A DNA stretch of 63,901 bases, the filler included, from Sphacelaria rigidula (Eukaryota): NCBI GenBank assembly GCA_964200075.2. It is 9 parts of 9 records of this genome, joined end to end, with 100 filler letters (N's around TTAATTAATTAA, not from the genome) between each part and the next. Parts side by side here need not be neighbours in the genome. Positions count along the whole stretch, not along the records: positions 35,558 to 42,568 come from CAXNAA020016962.1; positions 42,669 to 49,679 come from CAXNAA020016963.1; 7 more parts are not named here. The stretch is one strand, 5' to 3'. Below the pieces are notes generated by a model. That model saw only the letters and a list, made by a program, of their open reading frames with translations. It ran no database searches and was not told the origin of the DNA. Below are positions 39,001 through 49,175 of the stretch, piece by piece. A program made the translations under genes and the position numbers. Every line of letters begins with the position of its first letter. The first letter of the stretch is position 1.

Positions 39001-40458
39001 TCCTCACCGTGGGATTGCTGTTGACTGCAGTGGCGCAGTTTGTTATCGAGGCGCGGCGTCTGTCCGGGGGCGATGGAGACGGCAGCGACGACGGTCAGTA
39101 CTCCACACCCTGAATAATGACGAAAAGGTCTTGTGCGTACAGTATCGACCATTGCGTCCATTGCGATAGATAATAGAGTCCATACTGTGCACAGCACACT
39201 TATTGGCAATGTAATCTACTTTCGTTTTCCGGGCTGTGCAGTACTGCAATAGCAGCCTTCTCATCCCGCAGGATAAGACTCCATACAAACTATGCACCCA
39301 CTCGGAGCCGGCCGGCCTTGCCGACGGCATTCGACAACGCCGTTCACGCGGTGTGCTAATGATTGGAAAATGACTCGTTTCACCTGATGAAGCCTATTTA
39401 TTTATTGCACACGAATTTCTCATCCACCACTGGCCCCTCGCTGGTGAAAAGGAAGGAGTACATAAGTACAGAGAAGTGTCTTGAGAGGAGAGGAAGAATT
39501 GATCGTTGATGAACGTGGGTCTGACCAGTCATTTTCCAATTTTCCGTGTAAACAAAACACATTATGCGGATTCATATATATCACGGACTTTTTTTTCGTC
39601 GAGAGGTCGAACGGGGTTGGTCCATGGTCAGCCGGTGGAAAGAGACTCGAGAGGTTTTCTGTTCAGTATTAATACAGCACGAGGCAGTCAGTCGATCACT
39701 TTTTTTTGGCACGATTCCATGTTGGATTGATTCGGGTACTGTGTTGTCTGTAATAATGACCTGATTGGCGATGGATCACAATCCCGCCGTGGTCATTAGG
39801 TGGAAAACAGGAGTTTCTGCCCAAGGTGAATACATATCAAGACCTGTTACAGAAAAGTGCAAGTACAGAGGGGCGCGAGTAGCTTCATGGCACATGCTTT
39901 GATTGCAAGCTGGATGTCTGCGCGTCACGACCTTGGCTCGCCGATCACAGCGATCTGCTCAGCTCGTCTGGAGTCCCGACCCCGTGCCCACGAAAATATA
40001 TGACCTTTGTGATACGACGTGTTTTGTGTTGCGGCCCAGCTTGTACTAGTCGTCGCATGCGTCGTTTTCGGTGGGATCGTATCCCTGTTTTTACACTTCA
40101 AAACCTCCGTGATGGCGACCATGCGACTTGCTCGTGCTGGGTTAGCCACCATACCTGGTCGGTCACATGCGGTACACGTATCTGACTAGTTCGTATCGTG
40201 TCGCTTTCCACGTGGCATGTTTTGTGTATCATGTGTCATTTTCTACTTCCATGTATACCCAGTAGTGATATTCGCGCACATGTATCCGATTTTTCGCCGT
40301 CCCTGCGTTTTTTCGGTCATTTTCCAGGCCACGTGTTTTTGAGGCGGGAAACCAAGCGGAAGGGCAAGGACACAGACGAGAAGGACATGTACTCCAACCC
40401 TAAGATGGGGGGCTCGGAAGTCTATGCTCCTACCCTGTTGGACATACCGCCGGACAAG
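36013..40458 (+). CDS. Multi-exon gene (partial) for the C-terminal multi-pass membrane domain (TRP-C-like) of a large cell-surface protein. Exons 36013-36201, 38082-38327, 38943-39093, 40328-40458
   Basis: All GT-AG and phase-consistent (0, 0, 1). Spliced product: VYPIGIPVVFGVMLWKQR..KFLWG|AYRPEAYYYEVVECMRRLLLTGCLVFILP..Q..LVIK|VDLSNEEDESQDVVAALLVIL..DDG|HVFLRRETKRK. Confidence 0.88.
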
Positions 40459-42849
40459 GTGAGTTGGTTATTACCCATTCATGTTTATTTCTCGTCACGC
40501 TCTTGTTTCCCCCGGCGAGTAGATTGTGTTGTTGTCGGTCATCAATTGGGGTTCGGAATTTGGTCTTTAGAAGGATACACACCGACACACGGCGATTGTT
40601 CTCGAGACGATGATCAAAGTTCGTGTACGGGCTACTGACTCCCCCACCCCCCCTCCCAACCCCCGTAGGCAACCAGGTCACCGTGTTTCCCCGCTTGTCT
40701 TTTTTCTTTGCGGTAACCGTGATGCTCGTGGAGTAAGATCACACTGCGCGAGGTGGAGATCCTCAACTCCGCGCAAAGGAGATTGTCGTACTACGTAGTG
40801 TTTATATGGTGAGATAAGTGACGAGGCAGTGTGTAATCCATGGCTGTCTCTGGAAGTGGTTACCAGAAAATGAAGCAAGTCATCCGAGGCTGTCATCCAC
40901 TGATTGGTTGATAGATTGCTCGTCGCACTTCAACTGACCCCCCAGGGGTCCAGCCGTGGTTACATGATAGACGTACCCGAGACAAAATAAAACTGAATGC
41001 ATATGCAAGATAATCAGTACTCTCCGGACCAAACAGTCTTGGTAGGATGTCGCTCATCCTTTATGCGACTCGCCGAACAAATCACGGCGCTTCGCGCTTG
41101 GCGATTGATTGCAAGCCTGATCCGGCGAAATCCTGCGTGCTCCGTCCCGGCTTCGTAGGGATGCGAGGTCAATGGCCTAATGACTACGGCATGCAGAATC
41201 CTACCTACACCCCTCCCCCCTTCATTCCCCTCCTCGAAACGTTTTCCTAGTCTCAAATCATCAACTGATCTTACCCTGCTGTTTTGCGTTTATTTACTCA
41301 TTTTCGAGATTACATTAGCGCTACCGTCACCCCGTCAAACTGTGTCATCGGATGTATCAAGTACTGGATAATGACTACTTCCGCACCCGATCGACCCTCG
41401 TCGATTCCGTGTTTGGTACTGATGTCCTTGCGCTTTTAACCACGGAGACTACATCCTTCTTATGGAAGATCGTATCTTTATGTCGGGATTCGAAAGCCGC
41501 GACCTTCCGCGTCAACGGGCCGTTGGCATACCGTTTTAACTTAGATCACCGGGACAAAGCATCACGGGATCTTGTGTATGGCTAACGTCGACTTCTTTTA
41601 CGAAAAGGTCGGAATTCTCCGTATAACACGTACGGTGCTTGTTCGTGAATAAACAAATACGAGCGGAATCTGACCCCCTTCGCGCAGAAGCGGTTAGAAG
41701 AACTTCCTAACGGCTATACATGCAAATGCGATGCGCTGCAGAATTTTATCCGCCGTTTTTTGTGATGTGCATTTAAGTGTGTTCCTATTCTCGCCGGCTG
41801 CTCCCAACGTATTTGTCCGACGGTTCACACATGTCGTGTTGCACACATCGTTTATTGCCATGCAGTGTTGTATTTTGTTATAAAAAATTGGATACGTGGG
41901 CGGGCACGGAACTGTTCACCCTGGTGCTTTTGTTCCCGTCGTTATTGACGTGGAGCTGAGCGTGGTTATTGTAGTATGCGCTCTGACGGTTGTCTAATAT
42001 TGGTTGATATCCACTCTTCTTGTGTATGTCGTGGGTGTCGGTAAGGTTCGTCCATGTATTCCAGTCATTGTCGGAATAACCGTCAAGGTTACACTGCCAT
42101 TATGGTATTTTTCATCCTGTGATGGTGGGGAAGAAATGGAGAAAGCTATGTTGAACATTACTCCCTCTGGGCGGATTTATAAGCAAGGTTCGGACCAAGA
42201 GCGGTCTAACTCGGGCATATGAAGGTCTTCTTCCGAACCGTTTTTTTTGTTTTTGTTTTTGGACCGCCGCTGCGGAACGCACAGAACCGCTGTCTTTTAG
42301 AGGTCGCACAATGGGGATGATCGTACCACGCAGTGTGTAAATGGTGAGACACCCATGAGATAGCGTATCAGCCATAGCCGTCTCAGAAAGTGGCGATACC
42401 AAATAATAAAGCAACTCATTGTAGGCTGTCATCCAAATGCAAGATACTCAGTAGGCTTCGGGCCGAACAATCTTAGCCGGGTGCAGCTCACCCTTCATGC
42501 GCCTCGCCGAACACACCACGGCGCTTCACGCTTGGTGGTTTGAGTGCAAGCCTGGTCCGGCGAAAACCNNNNNNNNNNNNNNNNNNNNNNNNNNNNNNNN
42601 NNNNNNNNNNNNTTAATTAATTAANNNNNNNNNNNNNNNNNNNNNNNNNNNNNNNNNNNNNNNNNNNNATTTTGTGGGATCGCCACTTCCCGAGACAGCC
42701 ACGGCTTATACACTGCCTCATGGGTGTCTCACCATTATCCATACACGGGGTGAAAAGATCTGTCACACACTCGCAGTGAAGTAAAACAATATAATGGATT
42801 TAGTGGAGGGTCAGTCAACCTGTCGATGATTTATTTAGAAGCAGAGGCA

Positions 42850-43830
42850 AATAAACACGTTGTGGTACCTCCCGAGCAGATCTCATTTCACCGTATGTTC
42901 TCGACATAGTTTCTTCTAAGCGACGAAAAAGAAACGCGAAATGTGGGTGCCACCACATGAAAGGAGAAAATGCCGACGGGTGTCTCGTCGAGGAATCACC
43001 TTTAAGAAGGTCTCCTCGATAATGGGGTTCAACATCACGGTGGAGTTCAACCTGCCTTTGGATTTCCGACATTTCTGCCGAAATAGTTCGAAAAACGAAA
43101 GCAATTTCGGATAATATGTTTCTGTTCAAAGCTCAGCAGGTGTGGCTAGGTCCACCTATTCATGCGGTATACAGGTGAGTTGACCGAAATGTCACCGGAG
43201 GAGCAATGACGGAGAGGATTCTCCTCGACCGTGTTCCCTGTGTGTCTTTGTTCGGCGATTCCCAATCGCTGGGTAGATTGGCGTCGGGCTACCACCACAT
43301 ACCCAATTTCCCAGCCCTTCCGTCGGCACAAGGGCGACAGGCGGTTGGTTGAACAGCCCCCCCCCCCGAAAGATCGGGCTGCCGCATCTTGACTGACGTA
43401 CCCGTGTCTTGTCTGTGGCGCTGACCCGTTCAGAGATCGACTCCTATTTACCTCTCGTTTTTGGACAGGACGTGCCTCTGTGCGCTACAGAACATGTCGT
43501 CGAAAAAAACGGGGTGATGTTCCTGTCACCGTTATCCTGTCGTCATTTTCATACGTGCGAGCAGTGACCGTTCCGCGGAGATCCGATCGCGTGTGGGGGC
43601 GGGGAAGGGGGGTGTTATCGTTGATTTTGGCCTACGACTTGTACTTTGACGTAAGGACAGTCGTACACGTTAGGGTAGGGGGAATGTAGTGGAGAACCCA
43701 GGGCAATGGAGACTTTCCTGGCATGGAGAGTGAAACAAGATATCTTTGGCGGTGACGTAGCTGCTGCTGGCGTGACCCACATGGGGGCTGGCATACTGTA
43801 AGCTGTGGGCCGCAGCGTGTCCCATGTGAT
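42850..43830 (-). pseudogene. Intronless, decayed cysteinyl-tRNA synthetase (class I aaRS) relic
   Basis: Motifs in the correct order across frameshifts: CGP-TAY (43814), HVGHA..YVT..DIL (43783), FFDDM (43500), SLN..P/TRV, SPLCRRKGWEIGYVVVA (like SPWG.GRPGWHIECS.MA, about 43320), ATGTCGGAAATCCAAAGGC (frameshifted MSKSKG, about 43065), RHFLLS. Confidence 0.65.
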
Positions 43831-44921
43831 GAACAGTCGATGCGCGTTGTGATGAGGAGGGGTGGTGTCTTCAAATTTCCACCTCTGCGGAGGTCGTCAC
43901 AAGCTTTTGCCTGACGCGAAAAATGGGGCCACCAGGAGCAAGGGCGTTCTCGCAACAAATGGACTACTTGCGGTTTATTCGTGGCCGACGCCATCGAGCG
44001 CTGACCAAAACAGTCTGGTCGGAGATAGGTTAGGCTAGCTCCCAAGGAGCGCAGCTGAGAGAAGCCCGAACAACCCGTTGTACACTGACTGTAGGCAAAG
44101 TCTTTCTTTCCCAGAACCAAGCATGAGTAGCTTCATAAATTCGAACTAATTTGACAGCCTCGAAACGGATGTCAAAAAGTGACAGCACCCGCTTTCCTCG
44201 GCTTCCGCCAGGCGTCAAGAAAATCATGACCCTATCTTGTCAAAATATATCTGGAAATGGTAAGTCGGGATCAGTAATGGAAAAAAGTGAAGTACAGCCG
44301 TTGGCAGATGATGGCATGCATTCCAAATACTCTTCCGAGTCATGCGTTGAATGCGATGTAGGGTATTTAACCCGTCGCGATGCCAAAAAATCGTATGTTG
44401 GCATTTGTATGCTATCTGACTATATCCAATGGCTACCTCTTCAGAATGTTGACCCTTTTACGGCCACGGCCAGGGTTCGTAACCTGGGTCACGCAGTAAC
44501 GTTTCAGGTGAAATTGACGCCGATTCCACAAACAGGCCACCTACCTGCGACGCAAAATACTCGTTTGTAGAATCGGCATCGTTCACATTTCTTTTTCAAG
44601 TGGAAATGAGCCGAAAAAAAGTTCACACTCAATCAAACGCTATAATAGATACTCAGATCTGACGAAACGGTTCTTGTGTACGGTCTACAGATTGGGGCGG
44701 GCAAACATGTATCTTCCTTGGTATCTTGAGTCGCTCGCCCCTCCTTCCCCCCGCTCGGGGTGGTGGTCCAGCACGACGTGATCGAATTGTAACCCGCACG
44801 GTACACATACTCTCATGAGCTCCAGAAGCCGCAGCCGTTACCGATGTCTGCTTGACTCTTGCGCTTCGTTACCTGCTGTGCGTGTTTTTGTGTGTGTGTG
44901 TGTGTGTGTGCCGTCGTTAAG

Positions 44922-47912
44922 GTCGGGTTGAGGGTGTGGGAAGCCGCACGTGTTCTTGCAGGTGAGCTGGTAATGTTTACCTAACGTGGCCGCGCTACAG
45001 AGGTCGGACCGACCCCGCCACCGTACCCTTTCTCCCCCGGTACGGTAGTGCATGCTTGGGCAGTTTTCGTGTCTCGCCGATTGGCGCAGTCGGAGCACTC
45101 CCGTACCACACGGCGTCGATTTTTTCGAGAAAAAAGACGACTCGATGAGGAGAAAGTTATGTTGTAGGATATGATCTGCTGCGTGAAGTTCGCAGCGATT
45201 TTCCGCGCGTGATTTTTCTCCCTGCTGCATGGTTTGTTCTGTGGCCTCGGCGCGTGTGGACGGTCTGACGAAGAACACATTGGGTCGTAGCGTTTTTTTG
45301 TTGCTCTAGTTTGATTTCAGTGTGGGAACCTCTTTTGTCGAGGTAATATCCTGGCATAAGGTATGGCCGTGAGAAAACTGAGCCTTCCACTTTCTTCTAG
45401 TGCGGAACTGGGAAAAATGCGGCCTAAAGGTATACATTTTTACTCTTGTGTCTCTCGTGTATACATACATACATACATACATACATACATACATACATAC
45501 ATACATACATACGTACATACGTACGTATGTGCATACATACATAGATACCTGCATACATACATACATGACGTACTGTCGTGGAGCACACGCAACGAATGAA
45601 CGTTGACTCACCAATCCCAGCGCCTTGCAATCCCTTGCGGTCGCCTTAGGAATATTGGTCATTATCCATCACGAAGTTGGTTTGAGCCGCATATTCTGTT
45701 CCACGGGGCAGACGGGACGTGCACGCTCGTTCCCAAAATCTCCACTTTGTACACTACTGTTGGAAGTGACGCTGGGAGCGCGGAAGGTTGAAATTTCGTA
45801 TCCCTGCAGGTGTTTATTAGTATTTTTATGGGTATTACCCGATTTCAGTCATTAAAACACGTGAGGACGCGAGTAGCAGTAGAAAATAAAATTGGTGGAG
45901 AACGGACGCGGTGCCGGGGTGCTAGTTCAATCCGCTGTTCCAAAATCTCCACTTTTCGGCGTCTCGCTCGTTCCCAAAATCTCCACTTTGTACACTACTG
46001 TTGGAAGTGACGCTGGGAGCGCGGAAGGTTGAAATTTCGTATCCCTGCAGGTGTTTATTTGTATTTTTATGGGTATTATCCGATTTCAGTCAAAACACGT
46101 GAGGACGCGAGTAGCAGTAGAAAACAAAATTGGTGGAGAACGGACGCCGTGCCGGGGTGCTAGTTCAATCCGCTGTTCCAAAATGTAGAGGATATGTACC
46201 CCGATTGTTAACGGTACCGGGGGAGGGAAGGGGGAGGGGGCGTATCCATTCGTTGCCTGCCTGAGTCATTCCACCACTGGCCACGCATCCCTTTCGAGAT
46301 GGAGCACCGTAACCGTAGGGGGGGGAAGATGGATGGATCGATTCCTCTACTGCGGGCCGGCGGGTCCCGAGGAAGGGGAGGGGTTGAGCGTATATTGCGG
46401 AGGAGAAAGAAAAGGCAGAGATAAGGAACCCCGTGTTCACAGCGACAGTTCATCGCACCATTTTGTCCCTCCTTGTGTGTGTGTGATTCTTCTGTCTCCC
46501 CTGCTTGCCACGGACGCGCTGCGTTACCTCGCACATGAACCGTCGTTGTTGTCGTTTTCGTTTTCGTCAACGTTATGCGTTGCGTCGGAAGAGTTCTGCT
46601 TAGCGCACTCCGACTGGCTGGAAGAGAAGAGGGTTGTGGAGCTGGGGGCAGGCACTGGAATGACCGGCATGATGATCGCGGGATGCTGCAGTCCGACCGA
46701 AGTCGTATTAACGGACTATGCCCCCAGGCGAGATATGACCACGTACTGTCATAGGTTCGAGTGAAGCGAGGTGTTCTGTTTCGCGCACTTTCGACACCAT
46801 ATAAACGTTGTTTTATTTTGCCTTGTTTTTTCTTCGCTCTAAGGGCGCTTCTTATGCGTATGGAAAACACCATCTGTCTGAGAAAAAATGCCTGTCTTGG
46901 ACCGGTTGTGGCCCAAAAACGAGTGTGGTGGTCTGTGCTGCCTCGCCAAAGACTTTCTGTAACTCTCGAATAGGATTCCAGCTCGACTCGAACAGCAGTT
47001 GCTGACCCAACTCCAAAAATTCATCAGTATTCGCCCCAGAAACACGCATGACTCACAGAAACAGGATAACTATTGGGGTAGTACAAAAAAACTTGTCAAT
47101 TCCGCCAAAAGTCTAGGTAAGGGAATCAATAATTTGCAAAGTGCGCTGGAATCCTGTCGGAGAATACAGTACAGTATGTCTCTTCACGAGGTGGCACAAT
47201 CCGTCGAAACCCCCTTTTACATCCGAAAGCGGCGCCGGAGTCGGCGCCGAAATCGCCAAAGTAGGCGTTTTCCAGAGACAGTTTTTTTTTCCTGTCATAC
47301 CCATACGGGGCGTCCTAGTATGTCTTCTGTCGAAATAGGACCGTAGAAAAGTGACTGCAGAAAGGGCGGCAGAAGCCAATTGAATTCAACCTGCCTACTG
47401 AATCGCAGGGTGCTCGCCAACCTCCGCTTCAACGAGGAAATGAACCGGTCGAAGCTGGGGGCGCGGCGTCGAACGAACAGGAATTCCATCCCGACCATTG
47501 TATCGGTGCGATCCTTGGACTGGAACGATTATGTTTCCAAACCAGGACTCGCTGATGATCCGGTTGAGGAGAAAAAATCTCCCCTGCAGCCGCCGGCCAA
47601 CGGGCATGCTGAGACTCGGAATGACCCGAACAGGCACAACTACTCAGAGTTGACTCGAAATACCCCGACAAGGGAACAATTCCTCGCCGAGGCACGAGTA
47701 TCAGCTGCCGCTGAGACGGGCCAATCATGCCCGACAGGGGGAAATTCTGAGTGCGGCGGATCTCATGGCCAGCCCGTGGACACGTCCGGGAAGACTGACT
47801 CGGGGGGTAGTTGTGACCACAGTGAGGATGCCGAAGCCAGGGCGGAGTTGGAACAAGACTCGTTAGGCGCGCCGGATGTGCTCTTAGCTGCGGATGTGGT
47901 CTACGATGCAAG
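44922..47912 (+). CDS. EEF2KMT: Protein-lysine N-methyltransferase, EEF2KMT/FAM86/Efm3-like (Methyltransf_16 family), partial. Exons 44922-44961, 46592-46727, 47409-47912
   Basis: Phase-consistent splice gives VGLRVWEAARVLA|EFCLAHSDWLEEKRVVELGAGTGMTG..VVLTDYAPR|VLANLRFN..VRSLDW..PDVLLAADVVYD. It has motif I (ELGAGTG), post-I (TD) and DxxY. Exact orthology within the family is not proven. Confidence 0.85.
45461..45566. repeat. (TACA)n microsatellite, intronic
   Basis: Direct reading. Confidence 0.97.
45724..46184. repeat. Recent tandem duplication with a 241-bp period, intronic
   Basis: Near-identical copies start at 45724 and 45965, with a few substitutions and one small indel. Confidence 0.95.
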
Positions 47913-48964
47913 GTGGGGAGATGCAGGCTGCCGTTGGGGCAGGAGTGCAGTCGAGGACTCGCTATAGTGCGGGTCGTAAATTATTGCGGGTGCCCGGTAT
48001 AGTATAGGTGAAGTCTCTTGGCACAGACAGAACCCGCTATACGTTAGTGCGGGTCTCGCATTGTAGGGGCTCCACCCTATCTAGTGCGGGTTTGGACCCT
48101 CCTGAGAAAGACCGCTGCAGTGCGAGTCTGTTGTCTCTGTCGCAGGGTTTGGTTTGGTCATGGCAACCACCGAAGCCTACTCTGCCCATCACACCCACTT
48201 TCACTGCTCACCCACGAAGAGACATGCCGTTCGTCAGCACACTGTAGTTCCTCCTTCATCCGTTCCGCTGTTTTCGGCGGAAGAACCACACATAATCCCC
48301 CCCGAAGTCGCCGATACGTGAATAATGCGAGACCTGCACTATTCAGGGAATATCAAAACGTGAATAATGCAGAACCCGCACTATTCAGGTTGTCTCTTCC
48401 ACGAAATCTCACTTCAAATCGTCGTTGAAAGCAACAACGGTTCTTCGAACGGGCTTTTGTGTGCGTGTGTGTGCGTTGTCATCCACCTATCCTGGACGCC
48501 AGTTTACACCTTCCGGTATGTGTGGGCGCATCAGCCGGGGTCACACAGGAGGAAGGCCAACAAAGGAGCTTTTATTTATGAGTACCTTGTTTCCGCGGTG
48601 CTTGTCTCCTTTTTTTCGTGAGTGGTTCAGCGGCCCCTTTCCTTCGTCGACCGTGAAGTCGAATTTCATGTATCCACGACATAGTCGCTCTCCAATGGTG
48701 TGAGAAAAAATCCCAGATCGTGTGACCTCATCGAGATGGGAACCCACAACTCAACCGTCAGAAGGTTTTGAGGATACCAACTGAGCCACCGGGGCGACCG
48801 GCTGAGCGTGTTTGTTACCGATAAGTAACGCTCAGCTACAACACTTCATACTATTTTGACTCAAATACGAGCACACCGCGAGCGTGTTAGGTGGTCTGAA
48901 ATACCTTTAGTTCTTTTGTTTTTAATCAAACACCCCTCTCTCGCTATCGTAGCATGGATACAGT

Positions 48965-49175
48965 ACAATATCCGAAGGTACCCTCGGTACCTGTGTACCA
49001 TTGCGGTGCCGGGTACTCGAGGATGTTGGAGCCAGGGTGTCGGCTGCAAAAGCGCTCGAGCATTCCAGGGTACACGGGGCATCGACCGCTGAAAAGGCGC
49101 GTTGTTCCAGGGTACAAAGGGTGTCGACTGCGGATAATACTCCGCATTCCGCGGTATAAAGGGTATCGATTGCTC
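48965..49175. repeat. Degenerate tandem array (CCAGGGTAC..GGG..TCGA-like units)
   Basis: CCAGGGTACACGGGGCATCGAC, CCAGGGTACAAAGGGTGTCGAC and CCGCGGTATAAAGGGTATCGAT recur. Confidence 0.6.

Noticed and set aside
43860-43900. DLRRGG as a tyrosine recombinase motif
   Set aside because: It is an isolated short match, and the adjacent sequence is better explained as a CysRS relic.
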